Positions 1-16,142 of a stretch of DNA of 64,000 bases are shown here, piece by piece (position 1 is the stretch's first letter; the number at the start of each line of letters is the position of its first letter). The stretch lies in assembly GCF_009914755.1 (NCBI RefSeq), contig NC_060938.1. One strand, given 5' to 3'. Made by a program: the position numbers and the translations under genes. The stretch comes from the human T2T-CHM13v2.0 reference genome, Homo sapiens. The notes below the pieces were generated by a model. It ran no database searches. It was given only the letters and a program-made list of their open reading frames with translations, and had not been told where the DNA came from.

Positions 1-310
1 TGTTTTCTAAAGATGCAAACATTCTGTGAAAAGATGCTTTCTTGAAATCCCCGTGACATTGCCAAGCTCTCTTTCTTTTTCAATTAAGGACAAGAATGGA
101 AATGATGATTTGTATACACGTTGTCCTTCTGGGAAGTTTGGGAGACTGGCTGATGTGTTTGCTGAGGACCAGAGTTGGGGATGGAAGGTGAACAAAGAGA
201 CTCAATGATGGTCATTGTGCTTGAGACATGGCATTGGAAACCAAAAGGTTAGGTCTCCAGGCCATCGTATCATAGTGTTCACTAGCAGGAGTAAGTGTCC
301 ACCTTTGTTT

Positions 311-607
311 GTATTTATTTATTTGAGATGGAGTCTCACTCTGTTGCCCAGGCTGGAATGCAGTGGCAGGATCTTGGCTCACAGCAACCTCCACCTCCTC
401 GGTTCAGTGGATTTTCCTGCCTCAGCCTCCTGAGTAGCTGGGATTACAGGCATGTGCCACCATACCCAGCTAAATTTTTGTATTTTCAGTAGAGATGGGG
501 TTTCACCACATTGGCCAGGCTGCTCTCGAACTCCTGACCTCAGGTGATTTGCCTGCCTTGGCCTCCCAAAGTGTTGGGATTACAGCCATGAGCCACCGTG
601 CCCGGCC
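311..607 (-). mobile_element. AluS, full length
   Basis: Dimeric Alu with TSD cacctttgttt at 300-310 and 608-618. Confidence 0.95.
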
Positions 608-651
608 CACCTTTGTTTTCTATACATTTCCCAGCACAACAGTAAGATCCC

Positions 652-830
652 ACAGTGGTTCTCCAATCCAGCTGTGCTTCAGAATCATCTGGCAATTTTA
701 CAAAATACAGATGCCTGGGTCCCGCTGCAGACCCATCTCGGGGGTGAGAAGAAGGTGCCTGCAAGTTGTTTAAAAAGCTCTCCAGGGCTCCTGAGGCTGC
801 CAGATAAGGACCCAAGTCTAGGAATCAGTG
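652..830. mobile_element. MER5-like hAT-Charlie DNA transposon relic
   Basis: Starts cagtggttctc; internal agaatcatctgg…aaatacagatgcctgggtccc resembles the MER5 consensus. Boundaries approximate. Confidence 0.6.
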
Positions 831-1049
831 ATTTTGATGTTCCACACTGGCAAAGCAGATGGTCAGTTGCTACCCCTGTGGGCATTCTAGGGAGGAAAAG
901 AATTTGCTTGGGATGGCCATGAGGCTATCACTGACCACCAGCTTCTGGGCCAGTAGGCAGTTTCTTCCTTGACCACACAGCCTGCTTGAATCCAGCATCC
1001 CAGGCTGGGCCTGTGTGTGCGAGGACAACTGTCTCAGCTCGCCTCTGCT

Positions 1050-1803
1050 TTCTTTGTCACATGCCGCTAGCCATCCTCGCATGAATGCAGCATCTCAGAT
1101 GCCTCTCCCGTTCATCCTCTCCTGGCCACTGCCACCTCTCTGGCTTTAGATCAAGTTCCTGTTACCTTTACCAAGTCTTGCTTCCTTCCTGCCTGCTAGG
1201 ATCTATTCTTTGCAGTAATATCAGGGTTCTCTTTTTAGAAAAACAGATCTGCTTTTGGTATCTCCCTACTCAAAGACCCTCCATACTTCCTGGATGCGCA
1301 GAGAATAAAGACAAACTGCCTCACTTGGCCATTGATTTCTTTCCCACACCCACTATATGCTTCCAACTTATCTTTCTAGCTTCCACTTCTACACCCTACC
1401 CCGAATCCATACTATGGTCACACTGGTTAATTCATAATTACTCAAATATACCAAGCACTTTCCCAACTCCACGCTTTTCTTCAAACAATTCCTGCAGCCT
1501 AGAATGTCTTTCTCCATCATATTCACCTATAGCAATCTCACTGCCCTTTAAGGTCCTGCTTAAATCCCACTAACCCAAGAAAGTTTTACAGATCCCCTCT
1601 CAAAATTGATTTATCCTCCCCTCTACTCCCGAGATACTGTCTGAACAACAGTCCTCACCTTTGCTATGGCCCACTTAGTGTTCAGTATATTTTTGCGTGT
1701 ATCTCTCTTCCCTGCAGGGCTCTGAGTCTGCACAGCATAGGAGCATGTGTTACTCCTCTTTGTGTCACCTGTTTTGCAGAGTACACTGTAGGTGCTAAAT
1801 AAA
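1050..1803 (+). mobile_element. L2 LINE 3' fragment, degenerate
   Basis: L2-like pyrimidine-rich body ending gtaggtgctaaataaa. Boundaries approximate. Confidence 0.6.
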
Positions 1804-2084
1804 CCAAGATGCTCGGAGCTGAAGAAAGCAAGTTGAGTGGGGCTGTCCCCTCTACCCAGACCCCTGTTACCCCTGTGGATGCCTTTGCAAGCCCCTGGGC
1901 AGTACCCAGGCAGCATCAGGACGGCTGCCTGCCGCCTTCGGTCCTACCGCCCCACCTCCAGCAGCCCAGAACCCTACATTTCCAGCCTTTCTCTTGGCCT
2001 CCTCTCTTCCCACAAGCACCTCACTACAGGTTAAAACATGCCTTCCCCAGCTCACAGAAGAGGTAACAATTTTAATAAAAATAA

Positions 2085-2230
2085 ACGTTGATTGAAGTAC
2101 ATATTTTGTGCCAGATACTGCTAAGTGCAAATGTCTAAGCAATACATCTGTTAATCTTCACAACTTTTGAGGTACGAACTATTATTATTATTCCTATTTT
2201 ACAAATGAGTTAACTGAAAGGTTAAGTATA
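2085..2230 (-). mobile_element. MIR
   Basis: MIR core tattcctattttacaaatgag. Confidence 0.65.
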
Positions 2231-2370
2231 AGAAGGGATTTTTTGTTACATCCGAGTGAACCCAAGACTTTGCCTCAAGGCATAGTTTTTCTTCTTATAC
2301 TCCTAAGAGTTAGTGGGTGGGTTGGTGAGGGAGGTGTCTAAGAACCTTCTGAAATTCGAAGCAATGCTTC

Positions 2371-2737
2371 TGTATTAGTCCGTTTTCACGCTGCTGATAA
2401 AGACATACCTGAGATTGGGCAATTTACAAAAGAAAGAGGTTTAACTGGACTTACAGTTCCACATGGTTGGGGAGGCCTCACAATCATGGCAGAAGGCAAG
2501 GAAGAGCAAGTCACATCTTACGTGGATGGCAGCAGGCCAAAAAAAGAGCTTGTGCAGAGAAACTCCCGTGTTTAAAACCATCAGCCTTCATGAAACCCAT
2601 TCACTATCACGAGAACAGCATGGGAAAACCTGCCTCCATGATTCAACCATCTCCCACTGGGTCCCTCCTACAACATGTGGGAATTATGGGAACTTTAAGA
2701 TGAGATTTGGGTGGGGACACAAAGCCAAACCATATCA
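2371..2737 (-). mobile_element. THE1-family (ERVL-MaLR) solo LTR
   Basis: Termini tgtattagtccgttttcacgctgct…ccaaaccatatca with a perfect 5-bp TSD gcttc at 2366-2370 and 2738-2742. Confidence 0.93.
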
Positions 2738-3014
2738 GCTTCTGTGTCTGTGTAGATGAGCTTTCCTGGGGAGTGTTGTCTGTTGATTTTATTAGGCTTG
2801 TAAAAGCTTGAAAACAATTTCACGAGACGATTTTCCCTACCAATATGTTTATGAAGTAAGGAAAGGGCAGTGCAGGGTTGAAAACAAAGAGGCTAAAAAT
2901 AGGAAGCCCTAATTTCCACAGGGGTTCTCAGGCAATCCACCTAAGTGAAATGATTTCCACACACATTCCTGCTCTGGAGTCCAGTTACTCACATCTCAAC
3001 CATATCCATGAACT

Positions 3015-3196
3015 CTGTGATTCTCAAAGTGTGTTCCCCACACCACCACCATCAGCACCATGTGAGAACTTATTAGAAATCAAAATTGAGGTTCCACCCC
3101 AGACCAGTGAATCTGGGAATGGAGCCCAGCTACAGCAATCTATTTGAACAAGTCCTCCAAGTTATTCTGATGGATGGTAAAGTCTGAGAACCACTG
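3015..3196. mobile_element. MER5A DNA transposon
   Basis: Imperfect terminal inverted repeats ctgtgattctcaaa…tgagaaccactg, about 180 bp. Confidence 0.8.
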
Positions 3197-3624
3197 CTTA
3201 ATTAAGTTGATCATTCACCCTCTTTGGATCCTTGGGCTGGATAATTGATGCTCTAAGATTCACCTTAATCATTGACCCTAAGGGGCTCTGGCTGTGTTGG
3301 GAAGCATTTTGAAGCTTTCCTTGGTGGAAACAGGGGTTGTTTCTTCAAGGCTACACAACTGAAGGCAATGATATTAACTCTGTTCAACCTATCCTATCCT
3401 TAGCTCAGTCCAAAGCCAGAATGGCTATCAGTGGGGTCACCTGATCTGAGTGATACCTATCTCATAGTTTGAGTGGGTCATTGTGTACTGGCTAGCAGCA
3501 AGTACAGCATTTCTGCTGATAACCATAATAATAAATAACAAGGAAATTAATAGCAAAAGTAAATAGCAACAAAAATTGCTATACATGTTATAATATTTGT
3601 ATTTTTTCACACTGTTAAGAGTAA

Positions 3625-3870
3625 TAATGCTATTATTAATAATATTTATTACCAGGCACAATGTCATGTGCAAAAAGTGTACACAAAATGTATATATGAT
3701 ATAACAAACCCTATGAGTTAGGCATATAACACCATTTTACAGGTAAGGACATGAGACTTAAAAAGTTAAGTCAGTTGTCCAAGATCACACTGCTTGTAAG
3801 AGGTGGAGCCTGGATTTAAGCCCAGCTCCTTCTGACTCCCAAGCCTATGTTTCTTAACCATTATGTCATA
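3625..3870 (-). mobile_element. MIR
   Basis: ccattttacaggtaaggacatgagac…gtccaagatcacac…ggatttaagcccag. Confidence 0.75.
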
Positions 3871-4962
3871 TTGCTTCTTGTGACTGATTCATTCATTGTG
3901 AATCCAGCCAAAAAATATTTATTGGGTGTCTTTATATGTCCATTCCTACACTGGGTGCTAGAGTTGGATATGAAGGTAAATGGTCCAGAGAGGGGACTGG
4001 GAATGGGCATCTAAGCAGCTATTCTAGTTCAATGTGATTAGTACTGAAGTGGGGGTGTGAAAAAAATGGAGGGCAAACATACAGTATGGGGAGGAAATTG
4101 CTCCTGGGATTTCACTATCTGAGTCCTGCAAGATGATATCTAGCTTCTGCCTCTTAAAGCTTGGCCAGTCGTTGGCTGTTAAGGAAGTCAACAGAAGACA
4201 TACTATTATAGTGAGTCACCATATTAGCTGAATGGCTAGCTCTCTGAATTGAGAATCACATGACCTGGAGTATCATTTTGCCTTTTTCCATTAATTTATT
4301 TTAAAAACTGGAGGAAGAAGATGAGAATGAGAAGACACTCACTCTGAGTCAGGTACTGGGTTAAGCCCTTTGTATATTTAAGCCCCACAACATCCCAGAG
4401 CAGACGAGGTACCTGAGCCATACAGAAATTTCCTACCTTACAAAGGGATATAATCTTGAATTAGTCAAAAGAGAGCTAAAGTTCTATTATTTAGAAGTGA
4501 AGAAGCCAAAGTATCGGTGACTCTGAGACTGCCACATGTCAACCAGTTTTAGAGACATGTGCACTTGCCTCTCAGGGCTGCACCCTCATTCAACATGCAA
4601 GGAGATCACCTCTTAGGCCAAGAGAAGACTTAAGTGACAGAAAATAAAAATCCCAGAATCACAAGACTAGGAGTGAATTCAGAATGCCACCTAGCCTAAG
4701 TCAAGTATTTTGAATGGGTCACATATAAATTATGTAAATGAATATTAATATTGATGAAAAATCTATTATGTTATTAAAAATTTCCAACTTAATTCCATAA
4801 TTAGCTCCAACTGTCACCAATTAGGAACTGTTTCTTGTACTTAATTGATGTTCCTCACCAATAAGCCTAAACCATTTTACTTCAACACTTTGCTCAATTG
4901 CAAGGGCAAGCAACTGTTAACTACTCTTGATGTAATTCATTGGAATTTAAAAACTGTTATTG

Positions 4963-5073
4963 ACTTTGAGAGGCCAAGGCGGGAGGATAGCTTGAAGCCA
5001 GGAGTTTGAGACCAGCCTTGGCAATATAGTGAGACTGTCTTTAGAAAAATTAAAAATAAAAATAAAAATAAAA
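4963..5073 (+). mobile_element. 5'-truncated Alu left monomer (FLAM-like)
   Basis: gaggccaaggcgggaggatagcttgaagccaggagtttgagaccagcc followed by an A-rich tail. Confidence 0.85.
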
Positions 5074-6574
5074 TCTGTTACTGCAATAGCCTTTTATTTC
5101 CAGTACACTTAAAAAAAGTTCTTTTTAAATATTTATTTATAAGTGGTATGTATTATTTCCTCATCTATGGATCTTTTCCTCTAAATATTTTCTGATTTTT
5201 CTTATAAATCATGTGATATAACTAAACTGGAGCTGAGTAGTCTGAAATATTAATGAATATTGCATGCATTGACTTTATTCTGTGATAATAATATGGAAAA
5301 CAATTCATGCAGGTTTTAAAAATGGTTTAATTCCCTTGCAAACATTTTAAGGCTGAAATTAATATTTCCATTCACAAATGAGAAAACTGAGACAGAGAGA
5401 AGGTGTAAGTTTTCCAAAGACACATGGCTAACTAGTAAATACTAGAATTGAGAATTAACACCAGGTTTTCTTGCTAGAATTCTCTGGCTGTTTCCATCAC
5501 ACTGTGTGATCTTTTTGTGAGTGCACAGCTAAAGAGATGTGTTTACCAGCCCCTCTTCAGGGAGATCAATGAGTTTCTCTGACAGAACATATTATTTATA
5601 GACTCTTTGTGACTTAACAAGAGACATTAAGAAGTGATCCCAAAACGCTGGCGGCTGTGATGTCCCACAACCTCTAAAAATTCAACATCAGAAACGTGAT
5701 CATATGACTCAAAACAGTTAACACCCTACACATTTGTAGCTAATTTAACCATATAGTCCAAACTATACAGCCAAGAGCTAAAGACAGCATAAGTAATTTA
5801 AGGCAATGGCACTTGAGGAGATAAAATATGTCCATTGAAAGAGGCATATGCCTCCCCTTTTACCTTTCCTGGCATGGGCTCTGACACCTGGCTTCGTTAG
5901 CTGGCCAGCTGGCTGCTAGCTTGATAAACAGAAACATCGCTCATCTCAGAGGTCTTTGTGATTAGGGTCTGGGGTCTTTAAGAAGGCATTTCACCCAGCG
6001 ATATGCCAGAAGAAGGAGGTTAAGGAAGATGAGAAAGCAGGATTTGTCAGCCAGTGAGGAGTGGGGGTGATGAGGGACACAGGGCAGGAAGCCTGCTTCT
6101 CTGCAAAAGGCAAGGTTGAGTAGAGGACAGCAATAGGGCTTTTCATTTAAGGGAACTCAGCATTAAAATCTAATCTTGGAATCTTCCCACCTCATGTCAG
6201 CCCAAATCACATTTTCTTTGATCTCTGCAATTAAGTCACCCTTTAATTCCTCCTGGTACTGCACCAAATAGGGTGGTCCTACAAGGAGTTACATGATTTT
6301 GGGGGTATCACAAAAGTATTTCTTTGCAGAACTCAATTCTGTGACTCATTCCCATGCCCTCTGTAGCACATCACTATCACAATAGGTGAAGTGGAGGTTG
6401 CAACGCAGTCCTTCATTTCCTTAAGGCTGCAAGCTGGAGGTGGTACCTACGTGAAGCTCATGCATGAAGGAACTGCAGAAGATTTATTGTAGTAATACAT
6501 TTTTGAAAATTTCATTTTTTTGAATCATTTTGCACATCTTAATTTCAGAAAATCACTTTAAAATTTCCCATTTT

Positions 6575-6960
6575 ATCCTGCTGAACAAGGCACTGAATGA
6601 AAGATGGATGAGAGCGTGGTTAGAGGGATTCTCCTCTGGCTGAACAGAATGGCTCTGCTGTGAAAGATGTGAACATATGGCAGCCTGAAGAAAGGTTGGA
6701 TGAACATGGGAGAAAATGTGGAAGGCTTGCTCAATGGATCTGCTGATGACAGGCAGGGAGGGGAAGCTAGGATGACAGATGAGAGACTCAACATTAAAAA
6801 TTATCATCATGGGCTTTAGCACTAGACTGAACATACAAGATTAAATTTAAGCATAGTGAATGTAAAATTTTGAATTTAGACAACTATACAAGTTTAAGAT
6901 GAGGGAGATGACTTGATTATAGTTCATGTAATCTAGGGATTTTAACTGATCATAAAGATT
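6575..6960 (+). mobile_element. L3/CR1 LINE fragment, left part (continues at ~13640)
   Basis: Degenerate match to the recalled CR1 ORF2 consensus: gctgatgaca…ggaagctag…aaatttaa…tgtaaa…atacaagtttaagatgagggaga…agttcatgt…gattttaactgatcataag. Confidence 0.65.
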
Positions 6961-6979
6961 TATACATATCACATATCTA

Positions 6980-7219
6980 GTTTTTTATTTTTATTTATTT
7001 ATTTTTTAAGACAGGCTCTTGTTTTGTCGCCCAGCCTGGAGTGCAGTGGTGCAATCTTAGCACACTGTAACCACAACCTCCTGGGCTCAAGCGATCCTCC
7101 CACCTCAGCTTCCCGAGTAGCTGGACTACAGGTGTGAGCCAGCATGCTCAACTAATTTTTTAATTTAAAAAAAATGTTTTGGAGAGACAGCGTCTCACTA
7201 TGTTGCCTAGGCTGGTCTT
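6980..7219 (-). mobile_element. AluJ, 3' portion (interrupted; remainder at 13476-13544)
   Basis: Right arm, linker and part of the left arm, stopping at …gctggtctt. Confidence 0.9.
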
Positions 7220-7267
7220 TAAATGAATAAAAAACCCATCAGCCCCACAAAAGTTCCACCAAAATTT
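7220..7267 (-). pseudogene. Micro-NUMT, MT-ND6-like, left piece (7251-7267 duplicated as the L1 TSD)
   Basis: Joined with 13463-13475 it translates on the minus strand to GIVLNFGGTFVGLMGFL, matching recalled mammalian ND6 (GIVLNFGGSFLGLMVFL). Confidence 0.75.
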
Positions 7268-7485
7268 TTTAAAAAATTATTATTATACTTTAAGTTCTAG
7301 GGTACATGTGCACAATGTGCAGGTTTGATACATAGGTATACATGTGCCATGTTGGTTTGCTGCACCCATCAACTCATCATTTACATTAGGTATTTGTCCT
7401 AATGCTATCCCTCCCCCAGCCCCCCAACCCCTGACAGGCCCCAGTGTGTGATGTTCCCCGCCCTGTGTCCAAGTGATCTCATTGT

Positions 7486-11310
<3,825 letters not shown>

Positions 11311-11373
11311 TATGATGTTAGCTGGCTACTTTGCCCGTTAATTGATGCAGTTTCTTCATAGCATCAATGGTCT

Positions 11374-12403
11374 TTACAATTTGGCATGTTTTTGCAGTGG
11401 CTGGTACCGGTTGTTTCTTTCCACGTTTAGTGCTTCCTTCAGGAGCTCTTGTAAGGCAGGCCTGGTGGTGACAAAATCTCTTGGCATTTGCTTGTCTGTA
11501 AAGTATTTTATTTCTCCTTCAGTTATGAAGCTTAGTTTGGCTGGATATGAAATTCTGGGTTGAAAACTCCTTTCTTTAAGAATGTTGAATATTGGCTCCC
11601 ACTCTCTTCTGGCTTGTAGGTTTCTGCCAAGAAATCTGCTGTTAATATGATGGGCTTCCTTTTCTGGGTAACCTGACCTTTCTCTCTGGCTGCCCTTAAC
11701 ACCTTTTCCTTCATTTCAACCTTGGTGAATCTGACAATTATGTGTCTTGGGGTTGCTCTTCTTGAGGAGTATTTTTGTGGTGTTCTCTGTATTTCCTGAA
11801 TTTGAATGTTGGCCTGCCTTGCTAGGTTGGGGAAGTTCTCCTGAATAATATCGTGAAGAGTGTTTTCCAACTTGGTTCCATTCTTCCCATCACTTTCAGG
11901 TACACCAATCAAACGTAAATTTGGTCTTTTCACATAGTCCCATATTTCTTGGAGGCTTTCTTCTTTTCTTTTTACTCTTTTTTTCTCTAACCTGGTCTTC
12001 TCACTTAATTTCATTAATTTGATCTTCAGTCACTGATACCCTTTCTTCCACTTGATCGAATTGGCTATTGAAGCTTGTGCATGCATCATGAAGTTCTCGT
12101 GCCATGGTTTTCAGCTGCATCAGGTCATTTAAGGTCTTCTCTACACTGTTTATTCTAGTTAGCCATTCGTCTAATCTTTTTTCAAGGTTTTTAGCTTCCT
12201 TGCGATGGGTTCGAATATCCTCGTTTAGCTCAGAGAAGTTTGTTATTACTGACCTTCTGAAGCCACTTCTCTTCTGTCAACTCGTCAAACTCATTCTCCG
12301 TTCAGCTTTGTTCTGTTGCTGGCAAGGAGCTGCGATCTTTTGGAGGAGTAGAAGCACTCTGATTTTTAGAATTTTCTGCTTTTCTGATCTGGTTTCTCCC
12401 CAT
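11374..12403 (-). pseudogene. L1 ORF1, frameshifted
   Basis: ATG at 12403. ORF track fragment SLQEIWDYVKRPNLRLIGVPE…RATPRHIIVRFTKVEMKE. Confidence 0.9.
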
Positions 12404-13007
12404 CTTTGTGGTTTTATCTGCTTTTGGTCTTTGATGTTGGTGACCTACAGATGGGGTTTTGGTGTAGATGACCTTTTTTTTTTTTTTAATTTGGATGCTA
12501 TTCCTTTCTGTTTGTTAGTTTTCCTTCTAACAGTCAGGTCCCTCAGCTGCAGGTCTGTTGGAGTTTGCTGGAGGTCCACTCCAGACCCTGTTTGCCTGGG
12601 TATCACCAGCGGAGGCTGAAGAACAGCAAATATTGCAGAACAGCAAATATTGCTGCCTGGTCCTTCCTCTGGAAGCTTCAACCCAGAGGGGTGGCCACCT
12701 ATATGAGGGGTCTGTGGGTCCCTTCTGGGAGGTGTCTCCCAGTTAGGCTACACAGGGATCAGGGACCCACTTGAGGAGGCAGTCTGTCTGTTCTCAGAGC
12801 TCAAACGCCATGCTGGGAGAACAACTGCTCTTTTCAGAGCTGTCAGACAGGGACATTTAAGTCTGCAGAAGTTGTCTGCTGCCTTTTATTCAGCTATGCC
12901 TTACCCACAGAGGTGGAGTCTAGAGGCAGGAGGCCTCGTTGAGCTGTGGTGGGCTCCACCCAGTTCAAGCTTCCTGGCCGCTTTGTTTACCTACTCAAGC
13001 CTAAGCG

Positions 13008-13202
13008 ATGGTGGATGTCCCTCCCCCAGCCAGGCTGCCACCTTGCAGATCGATCTCAGACTGCTGCACTAACAGTGAGCAAGGCTTTGTGGGCGTGGGA
13101 CCCACCGAGCCAGGAATGGGGGAGAATCACCTTGTCTGCAGGTTGCTAAGACCTTGGGAAAAGTGCAGTATTTGGGCGGGAGTGCCCCGTTTTTCCAGAT
13201 AG
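13008..13202 (+). other. L1 ORF0 homologue (antisense ORF of the L1 5'UTR), open for 64 codons
   Basis: MVDVPPPARLPPCRSISDCC…GVGPTEPG…GVPRFSR aligns with recalled primate ORF0 (MAGAPPPASLPPCSLISDCC…GVGPSEPG…GVTRFSR). Confidence 0.75.
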
Positions 13203-13445
13203 TCTGTCACGGCTTCCCTTGGCTAGGAAAGGGAAATCTCCCAACCCCTTGCACTTCCCGGGTGAGGCGACTCCCTGTCCTGCTTCAGTTCACCCTCCGT
13301 GGGCTGCACCCACTGTCCAACCAGTCCCAGTGAGATGAACCAGGTGCCTCAGTTGGAAATGCAGAAATCACCCGTCTTCTGAGTTGATCACAATGGGAGT
13401 GCAGACTGGAGCTGTTCCTATTCGGCCATCTTGGAACACCCCACC

Positions 13446-13475
13446 AAGTTCCACCAAAATTTAATACAATACCAC
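13446..13475 (-). pseudogene. Micro-NUMT, MT-ND6-like, right piece
   Basis: aagttccaccaaaatttaatacaataccac; continues the piece at 7220-7267. Confidence 0.75.
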
Positions 13476-13544
13476 CTCAAGCTATCCTCCTACCACAGCC
13501 TCCCAAAGTGCGAGGATTACAGGCATGAGTCACTGTGCCCAGAC
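13476..13544 (-). mobile_element. AluJ 5' portion (remainder of the 6980-7219 element)
   Basis: ctcaagctatcctcc…cccaaagtgcgaggattacaggcatgagtcactgtgcccag resumes about 11 nt downstream of the break point. Confidence 0.9.
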
Positions 13545-13639
13545 CATGCCAACTTCTTGATGTAAAAATAAAACACATTCTTCCTCCCTTCCTTTCCATC
13601 CCCTTCTTCCAACAAATCCCCCACAATCTATTTGTGCAC

Positions 13640-13900
13640 AGTCTTTGGCTGCATTTAAGAAAGGTGTGTGTTCATGTCACAGGAATGCTTGATCCTAGTG
13701 TACTCTGCATTTGATCAATGAAAAACTGCAGTATTCTGTTTAGATCTGACATTGATATGGACAAATGTGATGCACTATAGTAGGACAGATGGGCTGCTCA
13801 GAGGACTGGAAGCCATGTCACCAGAAGAGTGAATGGGCAGCTGTGGGTATACTCTGAAGAAAGAAAGACCCAAAGGGTCATGTGTCCACATATTTGAAGA
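13640..13900 (+). mobile_element. L3/CR1 fragment, right part
   Basis: tgtactctgca…ctgcagtattctgt…gaggactggaagccatgtca…gaagaaagaaagac is colinear with the 6575-6960 piece. Confidence 0.65.
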
Positions 13901-15489
13901 AGTATGTAGAGTACAATGATTAAGAGCATGGGCCCTGGGGTCAGATTGCCTAGGGTCAGGCCTTTGAAAGGAGTTAGTGGAGACAGGCAACAGGCTCTCA
14001 CACTCTTTTTGAAGACTTGTTCAAAATATCTAAAGAAAAGGGATATGCCATGTCACCCTCCTCTTGTGTATTTACTGAGCCTGACACATCATAGGTATGT
14101 AATAAATGCCTTAGCTTCCTTTAATAAAACATAATAAACAAAGAACCAAGGTTTCAGAAGCAAATTACAAAGGAGGCAGATACACACACTGGTTAAGCAC
14201 CTGGTAGCAACCGCAAGGCAAATAATAGCAGCTCATCATTGTCTTGCCCACAGCTGGGTATGGTGGTCATGAAAATGATGTGGTGCATTGGAATCATAGT
14301 TGCCTCCTGGTAACTGAACAAGGAGGCAGCTTAAGTGAGAGTGAACTGCCTTTTTTTTAAGAGGAAATTTGCATTTTAGCTATTGTTAGTTCTAATAGGT
14401 CCAAGTCAGCTTACAAGTAGAGTCAGCTCTCACTATACAACTTTCATTCCTTCTAATCTTGGCTCTCTTTTGTTGTTTTGTTCATAAACTTTGACAAAAA
14501 CATTTTCCTCCCAATGTCATGGTATCCTGCTATTTTGTCCCCAGTGAAAATATCTGCTATTGAAGCTTAATTAAAAAATACATTTGTTTTTACTTCACTG
14601 CTATCAGAGGAATCTATTACAGTGTTTGTTTTCTCTTCATGCGAGATAATTTAGGGAAATGCTAGCTCCCCACTCCACAGAAGGTCACTAACTAAAATGA
14701 GATGCTTCAACTGATAAGCATTCTTTAAGGAATGTGGAGTATTCCTAAGATCCTATCCTTGCAGGGCTCTGGGCTTTGGAATGAAATCAAAGTCTTGTTA
14801 AAACCTCTGCATCTAAATGTAGCCATTCAGAAAATAGCCATGAAAATTCCTTTTTTTCCTCTAAGTTGTCTGTTCTTTAAAGTATTGTAAAATGTAGAAT
14901 AATTTTAAAGGTTTTACCCACTTAGCTCAAATTATAAAATATACATATATATAATGTCAAAATGGATTATGGTTTAGGCATAATAGTTATCTCTTGATTA
15001 TATCATCTCCTGTATATATTTCACAGATATAATATGTATTGTATATACCTATATATTCAGGTGGTTAGATAATACCACCTAGGAATTAATTATGTATTGA
15101 GTATTATATAGAATACAGGAAAGTATTTATATATTTCCTTGGGAACCCAGCAGGATATTTCTGTTGTAGTGTGTTCTCTCTGTTCCTTGACTCAATAAAG
15201 GCACTGACCCCAAGGAAAACTAGCAAGCCAGGTTCCCAAAACAAAACTCTAGAGATTGAGAAACCAGAGGGAGCACACTGAGATGCTTCAACATGGAGGT
15301 AGAGAGATAATCAAGAAGAAGTCTTTGAACCAAGCTAGTTCAATGAGATTATACCTGTGAACTTCCATACATGAAACTTTCCCATGTCCATTTAGTTCCA
15401 CTTATGTAATATGTCTGTTCCATATAACCCCCAGTTAAATAATTTAAGGGGAGTAAGTTGCCTTTATATTATGTGCCTAAAACATTCTG

Positions 15490-16142
15490 GTCAAGCTAAC
15501 CTCTGCAGCCTCCATTTCTCCTTCTCTACTGGTTCTCCATGCACCAGCAACACTCATTCTTAATCTTCTCTGGGGTCCCTGAGTTTCTTTCTGCTTCAGG
15601 ATAGTCACATTCCTGTTCTTTCTGCCTGGTTCATTCAACCTCTTCAGGTTGGCGTGGTTTGTCCTCATCCTTCAGCCCAAGCCCAAACATTGTTTCCAAA
15701 AAAGACCTTTCTAGCCAGGTTCGGTGGCTCATCCCTGTAATCCCAGCACTTTGGTAGGCCGAGGCAGGAGGATCACTTGAGCCCAGGAGTTGGAGATCAG
15801 TCTGGGCAACACAGGGAGATCCTGTCTCCACAAAAAAAAAAAAAAAAAAAAAGAAAGAAAGAAAAAGAAAAAAAAAGAAAACGGACTTCCCTACACCATC
15901 TCCCTGCCCCATCATGGGTCTAGATTAGAATACTTGTTTATAAATTCTCACAGCTTGATAGTTATCTTGCATGGCACTTAGCACAATTGGAATGATTCAG
16001 TTCCTTGTGCAATGATTTGTTTATTGTCTATTTCCTCTATTAGACTGTAAACGTCATTAAGAGAGGAGCAATGCTGATGCTTCCTAAGAGGGTGCCCAAC
16101 ATACAGTAGATGCACCATGAATACTTTTGGAATGAATGAATA
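15490..16142 (+). mobile_element. L2 3' end, interrupted by a FLAM
   Basis: Ends with ctattagactgtaa…catacagtagatgc…gaatgaatgaat. Confidence 0.75.
15713..15880 (+). mobile_element. FLAM/Alu left monomer with a long A/GAAA tail
   Basis: Single Alu arm followed by a poly(A) run and GAAA repeats. Confidence 0.9.
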
